A stretch of 64,000 nt of DNA from Sphagnum compactum (taxonomy: Eukaryota), in contig OZ234493.1 of NCBI GenBank assembly GCA_965153455.1, positions 28,572,213 through 28,636,212 of the forward strand. Reading direction: 5' to 3'. The translations under genes were made by a program, and so were the position numbers. Positions 1 to 12,849 of this stretch are shown one piece after another (positions within the stretch are counted from its first letter, which is position 1; each line of letters starts with the position of its first letter). Under the pieces are notes generated by a model that was not told where the DNA came from, made no database searches, and saw only the letters and a program-made list of their open reading frames with translations.

Positions 1-712
1 ATGCGTGCGACGAGGCGCAGCGAGGCCGAAGAATTCAAGTACTACTCTCTCAGGATAATATTGAAGAAGATTTTTCTGTACCTCATTTATGGGACAATCA
101 GACATCGCTATGTCCTCGACGAAATCTCTTTTTACGCGCTTCTTCTGTAGCAGGAAACAAATAAACAGATGGAAATTTGTGAGAATCGTCTCCAAATGAT
201 CTTCGAAAACTTCTTTCTTTAGTGTTTCTTCTTCTTAGTGTTCCAATTCTTGTGCTTCTGGAGACCTTCTTTCTTTCGTCTTCTTGTTTCTTAGTGCTCC
301 AAATATTCTGTTTCTCCAATTCAAGTGAGCATACATCACATGCAGAAGGAGAAAAAATCGAAATCTAAATGCCAATTCACTCGGTTAAAAACGGCAACAA
401 ATATCTCATACGCTAAAACATGAGTATTAAACAAACCAAATCTTATCACAGGAAGCCATCAAAACAAGAACGTGACTACAAAAAACTATCAAAATACTCT
501 CAGGAGGGGAAAAAAAAAGAAGACAGAATTCTCACGAAAGAATAAAGAACTTTGCTTACTACTTCCAATGACATGAGGATTTTGCAATCTCCAGCGTCGT
601 CGTCGTTCTGTCGTTCGGTCGTTTTCTCTGATTTCCCACAAACAAATTGTACTGACACCAATGTCCGACAGATTGGCACTCTTTTCTACCGACAACAACT
701 TCCGATTCCAGC

Positions 713-904
713 TTCTAAAAAGTTCGGCAGTCCAACTTTCTACCGACGAAGCAGTCGGGAGGAAGTGCGTTTTGCCGACAATTGGTAAGTGTCCGAGGTT
801 CTAAAAAGTTCGGCAGTCCAACTTTCTACCGACGAAGCAGTCGGAAGGAAGTGCGTTTTGCCGACAATTGGTAAGTGTCCGAGGTCACGCCAGACTAACA
901 CTAG
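713..904 (+). repeat. 86-bp tandem duplication ending near a possible Helitron 3' terminus (CTAG|T at 901-905)
   Basis: TTCTAAAAAGTTCGGCAGTCC...GTCCGAGG at 713-798 and 799-884, followed by ...ACACTAGT. Confidence 0.6.
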
Positions 905-1296
905 TACGGACGAACTCCGGAGGTCCGGCTATGGCGTGAAGCTCAAGCTCAGTTATGGAGCAGCAAGAAGGAGGAGGAGGAGGAGGAGGAGGAGGGCGTC
1001 CAAAGGAAGAAGGAAGGGAATGAATTGATGAAGAGGAGAACAATAAGCAAAACTTATGTCCCAAGAGCAAATACAACAGGAAGGGATTTCGCATCAGGTA
1101 CAGAAAAACTTAACACCGACAACGCTAGATTGGAATTTCTCTCTATCTCTCCCTATTGCCAAAATTTCTTTCAACGCAACGAACTAAGATTTGTGTCCAA
1201 GAGAACGAGCAGGATGGATTTGCGTGAGGAATTTCTCTCTTTAGATTTCGGCCTTCAAGCCCATATATACTCTCACTCCTCGGGTGATTCTTCACA

Positions 1297-1984
1297 TCTT
1301 ATATATAAAGTGCCTTGTCTGTCCGTCGAGGTCCTGAAAGTCGAGGTCTTGTCCGTCCGTCGAGGTCCTGAAACCCAGATCGGGACCCGTAAAAGTAAAA
1401 TAACCACCCAAAAACCTGCCTGGCTCCTCTTTTCCGGGTTTTCGTGAAACCCGGCAGTTCTGTGCACGAAAACCCGGCAGTTCTGTGCACGAAAACCCGG
1501 CAGTTCTGTGATTATGTGGATGAAATATTATACGTTTTTAGTTCCGTCCAATGAGCTCAGAGTTCTGCATGGGTGGTTATGAGGATGAGATATCATGTAT
1601 TTGTAGTTCCGTCCAATTAGGAGGAATGATTTGTGGATGAAATATTGTAGTTTTGTCCACTTAGAGTTTTGGATGGATTGATTATGTGGATGAAATATTT
1701 ATGTATTCGTAAGTTCCGTCTAATGATAAGTTTTGCATGGTGATTTATTTGGATGAAATATCATGTATTTGTAATTCTGTCCAATTAGGAGTTCTGGATA
1801 GATGATTATGCAGGTGAAAATATTACGTATTTAGAGTTCCATCTAATTAGGAGTTCTGGATGGATTGATGATGTGGATGAAATATTATGTATTTATATAA
1901 TTCTATCCAATTAGGAGTTCTGGATGGATGATTCTGTGGCAGCAGGGCGGCTCTGAATGGTGCCCCTGCTGGCGTTTATACCAG
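1297..1984 (+). mobile_element. Probable non-autonomous Helitron with internal minisatellites
   Basis: A|TCTTATATATAAAG...GTCTGTCCGTC 5' end resembles the 6875-7199 element. Internal 22-bp and ~60-bp tandem repeats. 3' hairpin CAGCAGGG/CCCTGCTG (1940-1971) followed by CCAG|T. Confidence 0.5.
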
Positions 1985-3471
1985 TAATGTTCCATCTAAT
2001 TAGGAGTTCTGGATGGATTGATGATGTGGATGAAATATTATGTATTTATATAATTCTATCCAATTAGGAGTTCTGGATGGATGATTATGTGGATGAAAAT
2101 ATCATTATGTGCTGCAGTGATTCTTCACATTTGCTTCTTAGTAATGGTTAAATGACCATACTACTTTACTAAGTCACTAATCATTTGAATAAACCTTCCT
2201 TAATACAACACGTGGGATCCAATAGCATGCTGGTTAGCTCAGTTGGTTTATTTACTACCTACCAACTAACTAGGTAGGTAGTAAAAACAGCCCCTACCTA
2301 CTATGTATAAACTATCTTGGTACCTAGTAGTACCCTATTTTTGTTACCTACCTGTTTATATGTTAGACCATATGTTAGAGCTACTTCTTATACAATGGGT
2401 TACCAAGATGAAGCCGGGTAGTAACTCAGTTGAGGATCATCCACAACTAAGTCGTAACAGGCATCCATCCAGTGGATGGTGCACTGGTGGGTGCTGGTTC
2501 AACGGTTAGGTGTTAGGTAACCAACTTGGCAGTACGTTTGGTATATAGATCAACTAATTTTCTGGTTGATCTGGCCACAAGAAGATTTCTATCCTGGAGA
2601 TGGGGTTCAATATGTGAGATCAAATGAAAAAGTTGGATGCCTTCATCCCTTTTCATCCATCAACATGAGGGTTATGATTGTCACTTTGGAACCTCTAGAT
2701 GGGTAGGTTATGGCTCGTAACATGGCTCAAGGTCGTCAACTATTGGAAATACCTTTGACATTCCTACACCTCAAGTATTTCTCATAACTATCGGATCAAC
2801 TCGAGCTGGTTACCTAGTCAATTTACAAAAGCTTAGTTTGTTGCATGGAAATATGGATTATGCACTTGGTAACTACATTGGTCTATGGCTATTCAAAGTG
2901 GCTTATGTATCTATTACATATAGTGTGGAGTAGGGTGCCATTCCAATTCTGCATTCAATGGTAACAAAAGGATAATCAAAATCCAATTGAAAAAAAAGTA
3001 TTTGGACCACCAAAAAGTAATTAAATTGAACACCCTTAAGGGCTTACCCACCAACTACATAATTTAGAAATTAAACTATATTAAAAATTGAAAAAAATTG
3101 AATTTGAACAATCATAAACTATTTTATTCTTTGGTAAAAACAATGGTACATTAAATGAATTGAGGCAATTAATTTTCTGTGGTTTTTATTTTCTTTTAGT
3201 TTTAGAGTTTATTAGAGTTCCCACTCGAGTTTGAAGTTTGAAGGCAAGAATCTAAACCTTTTCCCCGTTCGGAAGTCTCAATATTTTACACTTTTAATAA
3301 CTAGCCAATACAGTTAACTTAACGCTAGTTCCAGCTGATGGGGGTTACAACGGGCAACTCAAAACGGTCAGATTCCATTTTTCCAGCAAACGGCTCTTCC
3401 CGTAAAATGTGACGGTTACAGAATTCCCGTTATGGGACGGTCGATTTCCTGGCGGCGGGTTTAACACCACC

Positions 3472-3502
3472 CGGGTAAATCCTGACGCCCGTAACCTACT
3501 AG
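3472..3502 (+). mobile_element. Possible Helitron 3' terminus
   Basis: CGGGT...GCCCG hairpin followed by TAACCTACTAG|T. The 5' end was not identified. Confidence 0.35.
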
Positions 3503-6500
3503 TTTTTTTTTGGGGACAAAAATCGCCAAAAGGTGATAACGTGGAACATTTCTGGCGAAATTTCTATTTTTCTTCCAGAAAGAGGTCGCAAAAATTTTCC
3601 CTCTGTTTTTTTTTGGGGGGGGAGAGGGAGGGAGGGAGGTTATCGCTGCAGGTCTGTCTACTGGTGAACTGTGTTTTAATCGTTCTGAACAAAAATGTCG
3701 CCAATTAAGTTGAAATCTGTCTGGGGATGCTCGCCACTATTGCTAAACTACAAAAATTAGGGAAAATAACATTACAGGACACCACCCGGCCATAGTTGCT
3801 GGGCACCGCCTACCAAATAATTCCCAATCGATTGGCACCGCCGGGTAAAACTTTGCACCATGGCTAATCACCGCCCGGGAGCGCCGCCTGAAACGTTTTT
3901 TCTGTCGTAATAAGAGCAGCAAGTTCCCAAGTGTTCTCTCATATCGCTCCCCAACATGAGAAGATTGGATCGGCGATTTGGTGCAGAATCAGCGTTTAAT
4001 GTAGGCGTCAATTGAGGCGGAAATGTCGCCAAATTTAGAGGAGTCTCCTACAAATTGCAATTCAAATTTGGCGGCGTTCTTTGATGGCTACAGAGCTGTC
4101 CTACTACTCCTTAGCTAAACCGACCTTCAACTTGTAACACTGTTTTGAGTAAGTCCAGCCTCTGGAGTGTGGGTGCAGGTGTCTGATTCTTTGCATGTGT
4201 TCTTGGCATGTGGTCTTAGCTGCTAGCTCAGCCATACCAGTCACCATTAAGAGAGCTTGTCAGAATCCCATTAAAAATATATATGATGTGAACCTGCAAC
4301 GCTTTTATTACTCAAGAAAATGCGGTGATTGAATAAGAGACAGAAAAATGTGAAAGTAAGAGCATCTCCACCGCACACTGCATAACTTGTTTTGGATGAC
4401 TATGATGAGGAAAGGTTTGCCTAATAAGCCCAGCATCTGCAGCGGTGCTCAGTGCTCAGTATGGGACCCTGCACACATCACCAGCGGTGCTCAGTAATGG
4501 GCCCTGTGCAAACGTATTTTTCAAGTTCAAGTGTAATTAATTATTTACTTTTTTGTAACCTCAACAATAAAATTGAAACTGGAACAGCAAATAGGTAGGG
4601 AGCTATTAATAGCAAATCGCCTGAAGCAATCATTATGATTGGCCAATCAGAATCGCTGAGCAGCAGTTAGATCGTAATTCGTACACTATGTTGTTCTGCC
4701 GGTGCACAGCATTGCAATGCCATTCACCAGACACCGCAAATTATGCTGTTATGCTCAGCCAAAACCAGTTTCCTCAGCCAAACTGGAATTTTCTAAACCC
4801 CTTAACATGGAACTGAGATGGTAAAACATGGCTTTCGCCAGCCTCTGCATCTTGTGCAGATATGCCAGCCAAAAGCCATTTTTTCAATATATGTAACAGG
4901 TAAGTTTTTCCTGTGCATCAGACAGTGACTGCCGCACAGTGCGTTGGATCCCTATCTTGATTGGTTTAGGTGGTTTGCTACTTAGTAAGTTTTGACTTTT
5001 ATAGTCCCAGTTTCATGCTTATGGGTGAGGGTCGGGAACAGTCGATAACTAATCTTAGATGTAAGAAATTGTGTTACAGGGTGGAATGCCGAGCATGGGT
5101 GGAGCTGCTAAAGACGTGTTGACATTTGACATAATTGTAAGTTGGAAATCTCAATGATTCTGAGCTAAATTAGAAGTCATCCTCGAATCACCAATAGCAC
5201 ATAGAATATGTGAAGTAGTAATGGTGGAGGGAACTACAAGCGGTGGAAGCATATATAATATGTGAAGTGGCCATTGCAATGGCCTAAGGGGTTGCAAGTG
5301 GTGGAAGTTGAGAGGTGGCCAAGGCCAATTGGAATGCTACAGTATTGAGCCATGATAAACTTTTCTCTGATTGGTTAGGACAATTCGGTGGTCTTCAAAT
5401 TCCAATTTCAAATTTCGGGTTTCATGGGTCTTAACTAGGAATGATCATTACAGGCAATCTTAAGCAATCTTAAGATTGCTGACAACATTTGAACGGTACA
5501 CTCATCAACTAAGGGCATCTGCACCTTCAGCTTCAGTTTAGGAAGATCTCGAGCTCTTGACTTCAGATGTTCACAATTTGCATTTCAGTTTTGCAAGGCC
5601 GGCAAGCTACATCTGCTAGCTCCACCTTCAGCAAGAACATTTAATGCTACTGGAAATGAACCCCAGCTGCACCCGCGGTGCATCTTCAGCTTTGGAATTT
5701 CATGCCGATGAAATGCAACTGGACCTTCCAAAGTTGAAGGTGTACCTACTCGATGGTAAAGGCTACTCGATGTGTAGCCCTTACCTAAGTGCCGTGGTAC
5801 ACTGATAGCACACTGATTTATTGTCAACAAGGATTAAATAGCATATTAGGTTTATATAAACATTGAAGCCACATTGATATGAACGTGTAAGAAAAAGGAA
5901 GGGGGACGGGCTTGATAAAATAAGAGGAAAAAAATTTGACACGGTCCCATTTAAAACAAGGTATTATTTCATCTCCATTACACATAATTAAACAAAAAGA
6001 AAAATGGTGCAATATTCAATTGTTCAACTAATGTACATTGTTCATGATAGAGATTATATAGCACTAATTATGTATAACCCAACAAATGCAATAATTTGCC
6101 TAAGGTCAAGCTTATAATTTTTTATAATAAAGTCATACTTATTTACCTAGAGAACTTGAACTTATTTAACATGGGGTAGCATCAAGGTTCAAGTTCTAAT
6201 TCAATTTTGAAAAAAGGTCAGTTATTTGATTAGGTTTCAATGGCAGTTCCAATAGAACTCAAAACCTCTAACCCGGAGATTCTATAACTTTCAATTTAAC
6301 TTAAGACTTGCCTAAATTGTAGAACCTTCCAACACTGGTATCTTCAACATATAAAATATATAAGTCAAGCTCCAAATCTCAATGATGTGGAGTTAAAGTA
6401 GAAATTGTCTACTTTAGAAATAGAAGTAGAAATAAGTCAACAACATAATATATGAAGAGATAATGGGTGAGACTTATATAAAACGTGTGAACCGATATAA

Positions 6501-6874
6501 TGGGCAAGGGGTCAGCAAACTATAAAAGTCTAGAAGACAATGGTTTGCAATAGAATGTCAATTGCACAAAGTCCATGGAGATGGAAAAAAGCTCAATTAT
6601 CAGTAAGTCCAAATGTTCTAGAGCTATAAAAGGAACCAATATTTTGAAAAGTGGAGGTTGTTTAGAAATTCTACCTTGTATTATTGTTGGGACTTGTTAG
6701 CCTTTCAAGGCAGCTCCCTACTACCTTGTCTAGTTGAAAAAAAGGAATTATTTTATTGATATTTGTCAAAATTGTTGAGGATTGAAGTCCCAACTTGTTT
6801 TAAAATATTTATTGTCCAAACCATCGGGTTACTATTACAGATCCACAACAAAGTCACTTTGTACATAATAGATA

Positions 6875-7199
6875 CTAGTGTGAACCCGGTGCATAATGCA
6901 CCCGTCGAGCTCCTCCTCGCCCGGTCTTTCCCATTGCCCACTCCGGTTTTTTATCCTGTCGATCCCCTCGTCCTTCGCATTTTTCACTCCGATTCTTTAA
7001 CCCGTTGATCCTCCCCCTGTTCCCCTGTTATATATAATTAACTTCTCGTCCCGTGCTGGCCTCCTCCCCCCGCCCGTGCTGACCCCCCCCTGCTGGGCCC
7101 CTCGCCTCGTCACCTATCACCCGCTGCTTCACCGACCCCTCCCTCCCCCACCCCCCAAAACCTCCGTCACAGACAGACTTATTGAATTAATATATATGA
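6875..7199 (-). mobile_element. Non-autonomous Helitron (~325 bp)
   Basis: On the minus strand: A|TCATATATATTAA... 5' end, hairpin GGTGCATTATGCACC about 13 nt before the terminal CTAG|T, and no TSD. An uninterrupted copy of the target site lies at 7293-7320. Confidence 0.85.
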
Positions 7200-9249
7200 T
7201 TTGAAAAAAAAAAATACATTATTGACCAAATGGTTGAGGAGTAAAACCTAGTTCACCTTTCGAACATTATTTGGAAAGATATAATACATTATTCACTCTG
7301 TACATAATAGATATTTGGAAAGAAAAAACAAAGTCGTGAAATTGACTTTCAGTTTTGTATATAGTTATACAACATGTGCTTATGCGGTCAGCAACATGTA
7401 TTTGTGACCCGGTTTATAAGAGCATCTCCAGCAGTAGGCCAAAATTAGTGAGTCAAAATTTGGAGGAAGTCTGTGGCTTGAAAAGGCCAAAATTTGGACG
7501 AAGGCTGTGGCTTGAAAAGGCCGTTTGCTCCTCCTCTAACCCTGCCCATTTGATGGCAGGGTTTTCAAAGGTCCATGAAAAGGAAAATGACTCTACCACG
7601 ATTGGCACTTGTACTGGCCCTTTTCCAACTGATAGCAGAGCTGGGATTTTTTCAGTTTTTTAAAATAGTGACGCACGGGCCGGTACCTTCCACTGGTTAG
7701 AAGATCCCAATCCAGCCTGGCAGGTACCTTCTACGGTGGAAGATCCCTCTTGATGAAAACAGGTTTCTTCAGGCAGGTAATGGACCTGAAAATACAAAGG
7801 AAAAATCCAGGTGGTGCTTTACCCCTGCAAAGCGGTTCCCCAAGGTTTCAATCGGTCAGATTCCCAACCAGGTTTAGGGTTCATGTTGCTGTTTAATGTG
7901 ATTGTTATGATAGAGAAGAAACCAGTGACAAATGTCATGTTTCGAAACTCTAGTAGATGCGAAAACTACAAGTGTGAACAGGTGTGAATTTAACCAATTT
8001 CTACCTGACATGTGCAAAAAAAGACAACCCACGTGGTAAATTCCACCAGGAGATTGTTTTAAGATTATTAGACAAGAGGGTTCAAAAGTTTACTTTTGAT
8101 AGCTTACTCATGCAAACATGTTTCAAAAGCCGTAAATTGGCCAATTTCTCGGGAGTGTGTGCAAGCTTGGCTAAATGCATAAGTTCCTGGAGGTTGCAAT
8201 AATAAAAGAGCAGGATTTGTCTTAAAATTTACCTCACACCAAATTTGACTCACTCCTCTTTTGGAAGATTAGCACGCCTCGTGCTTCACAAAGGTGAAAA
8301 AAAAACCATGCACTGTATTCACACCAGTCAGTCAAACCTTGTAGCATAACCACATAAGTACCCACGCTGCATGTAGGGAACGCTGCAAAACGCAATGTGT
8401 TTAACATCCTGGGACTGAAAGTGCAAAGACACTAAACGCCCTCCCCTCAATCCAGCATTGTCGGGCATAAAAAGTGATTGACAATGCCCAAAACCTGATT
8501 TTTTTGTTTCAAGGTTCGGCTGTTTTAATCTGCGACATATGTTAAATGCAACAAAAAGGAATTGTCCCTTTTTCTGGGTCAAAGGAATGTTGCTAGTTGA
8601 TACTTTTTCTCTCAGGGGGGAGGTGTTAGATTCAAATTCAGCCTGGTGCAACAATTTTTTTTTAAAAACATATAAATTATGTTTTTTTACAGAGCATGCA
8701 AAATGTGAAAAAACCTGCCCGATTCAACACAAAACATGCAAAGCACAAAAAGACAAGCCAAAAAGGTGCGAATGAGAGAGAGCGAGCTTGATGGGGGTGT
8801 TTAGCATCTCCCGTTGTTGTGAATATCAGACTCAACAATTAACAAGAGTAGCTAGTGTAGGCATAGTTAACCAAGAGTGAATTTCGTCTAACAGCCAATG
8901 GAAAGTAAATAGAATTATGACTGGCAGTTGTCAGTCTAGTTGGGAACTTGATAGGAACACTTGGGAGGAGGAAAAAAACCAAAGAATTCCTGGTTCTTCC
9001 CCTGCCCCTGAAACTATGACCCCCTGGAGTATTGAAGTATTCAATCCAAACATAGAAACATATAAAGATGTTCAAATATCTGAGCTTACTTTTATGGTTT
9101 CAAGAGGACAAAAGTTTCTCCACAGCACTATGCACCAAATTGAGCTTCCCCATCCCACGGCTCCTGGTCTCAACGCATATACAGCCAGCCCATAGATTTA
9201 ACAAGGATACACCTATTTTGTTGTGTGCATCGAAAAAAGCATATAGTCA

Positions 9250-9530
9250 CATATTTAGATGTTTACATTAACAAGCCGACAATTTCTTTCATCGATGTGA
9301 CGACATGACATGATCAATGAAAGGTTTTGAAGGTCTTCTTCATTCAATTATACATTCATTTTGTAGGCAAAGGGTGTCAATGATTCTTGAGAGAATTTAG
9401 GTTGTCACTATCTTCCGTCAGGCAGTTGTGACAACATGAAAAGCCTCTTCTAGTTCGGTGTTTTTTCAAGTTTTTCACTGATCTCCTTGTATGATTTGCT
9501 TTGTGCTACTAGTGATAGGTTTAGGTCTTA
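9250..9530 (+). mobile_element. Second, shorter fragment of the same RLE/CRE-like LINE 3' end
   Basis: FRCLH*QADNFFHRC...FCRQRVSMILERI*VVTIFRQAVV is homologous to 60580-60780. Confidence 0.5.
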
Positions 9531-12500
9531 GGTTTTGTGTTTTCTCCTCTTAGGGCTCCCCATTGTGCATTTTGCACTTTCAAGTTTCATCCTATCTTCT
9601 TTTTACTTCTCTTGTTCCCTTGTTGGATTTTTTCCTTTATTCATTTATTATATACAGTATTGGCTAAATCATATGTGACAAAATGAAGTATTATTGGGAA
9701 CAACAAAAATCCAAAAACTTCCAACACCTTCCTTGTCTTACCCAAAAGAAAAAGGTACATTTTGGTTCATCTCATTTGTGACTTTGTGTAGGGTTGAGCA
9801 TTGTCAATCACTTTTTGCACTAGATGATTGGTGGTGTCTAGAGATTTTCGGACTGGTCAAAGCTCGTTGGGGCTGTCTAGAGACTTTTTGTAGGCCAAAA
9901 TGCTCTTGTAACAAATGATCAGATTCCAAGCTGGGGTTGCTCGTTGATGTTCAATGCGGTTTTAATTCCAAATGGTGGGTTCTATTCATAATCTAGGAAT
10001 GTGTTGAATTCAGCCATCATGTTGCAGCCTACAGCTGCCTGTTCACAAGCATCGAATGATGTAACTCAAATCTAGTAGGTACCAAAGTAGGCTTACTCAA
10101 ACACAAAGAATCTCCAGACAAGAGTAGCTGGCAACTGAATAAGGCAACACTAAACACAAAGGAACCATGCTCTACCATTGTTTACCATCCACATGGAGCA
10201 CTGAGACCCTAACAAGAATACAGACAATTATATCATCCCTTGTTTGGTGATGTGACAATTATTTGGTGTCCAGGTAATTTGTGTGTCATCAGCAAAGGTC
10301 ATGCAAAGGTGTAATCAGCAAAGGAGATTCAAAGGTGTCATCAGCAAGGGGCTGTGTTGGGGTGACATGCAAACAGCTTTGTTCAGCGATTTTTTCATCA
10401 CTCCATGCATGCATGGCAACGTGGTATTGACTCATTTCTGTAGAATGTTCTGTTAGTTGAAGCATGTTATTTAGTCTTTTTGCTCTGTTAGCAATTGGCA
10501 GATGTCTGTCACCGAATTTCATTGAAGCCTTCAATGAACTGGGTTGTTACAACTGGGAAAGAAGAAAGAAAAGACAAGCCTGCAAATGTGGCAGAAAGAG
10601 ATGGTTTTGGGTATGTGCATCTCTCTAATAATAATAATAACAATAAGATTGTTCAAAATTGGTGTCTTAAATGTTGCATGTCTTTTTGCATGTGACTCAT
10701 GCAAAGCAAGTTGCAAGTAGCATTTATCAAGAATTCCCTTGCATTTTACACAACATCCAGAGCTTGTCTGATTTTTTAACAAATGTTAAACTTGTCTGTA
10801 TAGAATTTCAAGTACTTTTGAGAGAGGAAGTTTCTTATCACATGGGAATTCCAAAATTTGTCAGGATTCCTTTTTTCAAATAATTTGCTGCAACTGATGA
10901 GCTCTGACAGATGAAAAAAGATCATCCAATGAATCTTTGGTTGACCATCATCCAGTTGGATGAAACCCAATTTTAGAACCCCCCCCTCCCCCCCCCCCCT
11001 TGCACACTTTTAGAACCCTCAGCTATGGGGGAGTACTAGAAGAAAAACTTCATTTTTCGACTTGTCTTAGGCGACTAAAAGTGTCTTTTGCGACTAACTT
11101 TTAGTCGCCTCAGACAAGTCGAAAAATGAAGTTTTTCTTCTAGTTTAGCTGAGGGAACAAAAACCCAATGAAAAACAAAGTGTCCTGTCCACACACCATC
11201 CATCCATCCATCCATCCATTGTGCTAGACTTGGCGGTGCTAGTTTGCCATGGCTGGCTAAAAGAGGGTATACAGTGTAAAGCACACCCTCTATTTTTCAG
11301 TGTAGTTTCAAGGTACCATGATGGGGGCCAACTTTGGCAGGTACAAGTGGGGGATCACATGCAATGACACAAAGGAAGATGGGCTTTACATAATGTGCCT
11401 TGGTGTAAGGCCCTTACTGTCAGTGCATTATTCACTGGAGATGTTTGCAACCGACCTCTGGTCAGTTCCAGGCCTTTTTTATTGACCCAGTCTGTCTGTG
11501 TACAGACAAGGGTTACTTACTGTATTGGTTAAGTAACCCTCAATAATAGAAGGGTGTTGAGTAGGCTTCTTGTCTTGTAGTGTGTAGAAAAAATGTTTAG
11601 AAAAAATGTTTATGACCAATGAAATTGTTGGATTTGGTGGTCTGAATTTTGTTTGTCTTCGTTATTATCTCGAGTGAACTAACAATTAAATGTGTATGTA
11701 AGAGGGTTAATTAACTCATAGGTTTGTGAGGATTTAAGAGGACTAATTAATTAATTAATGGGGCATGTTAGAAAGGCATCACTATTTTCAATGTTCAACA
11801 AAATAAGGTTATGAGCAAGCTCCGTCCGAGTTTTTTTTTTTCAACCAATGGAGTTATTATTAGATTTGGTGATTTGAATTTGCTTTCTTAGTTACCTTGA
11901 CTGAACTAACAGTTCAATGTGTAATGTTTTATTTACAGACAAAGTTTTAGCAAATTACTTGTGCACTTTGTTCTAGTAGTGAAGTTCGTGACAAGGGGAA
12001 ATGAAAAATGCAAAAATGATTTTTGAGGGTTTCAATTGTTAGAAGTTTAAAAATGGCTAAAATCACAAGGCTTTTATATATTTGGTTTCAAGAACTAATC
12101 TCCCCTTCCCCCCCCCTCCCACCAAACTTAAATTTCTTTACTTTCATACATAGTTTATAGCCAAATTTTGGCTGAATCTTCCTATGGATGGATGATCATC
12201 ACTTTGGTTACATCACAAAATTCATAAAGAATTCATTGGTCAATTCCTTGTAATCACAAATTGCGTAAGACATTTGTATTCATTTCCTTTACTCCAAAGA
12301 AATCTATGAAACAACTTGCTAGCACTAAACATGTGCTTGTCTATTATTGTTGCCCAATAGGGAACCATTTCATTTTTAATTTTTTTTGGAACTATATAGG
12401 AATTATCACAAGCAATATATGTGTGACTAGTATCATGTATTTTCCAAATTAAAAAAAGCTTGATCCATTTGTTTCAAGATTTCTTCTTTAAATCAAAGAT

Positions 12501-12849
12501 CTTGAGTTCCAATGTTTTTCTCAAAAATCATTAATTTTTCTTCACAAAATGGTTTTCATCCATGAAAAAGAAATATATGATTCTTGGGATGCTTTTCATA
12601 GGCAACGTGGTGAACCCTTTCCCCTTCTCCCCCATGTAAGTGGGTATGTGGATAAAAGGTGCACTTGGACCATGCTCCATAATGGTGATTTGCCCCAAGA
12701 TGCACAAATCTTGGGGGCTTCAATCCACATTGAGGATGTATATAACTTGTTGCTTGATATGGCTTATGAAACATGATATACGTAATGGAGTTAAAGATTA
12801 TATCAACATGGTATTTTATTATGTAGTTTAAAGGTCAATTTAAGGGAAA

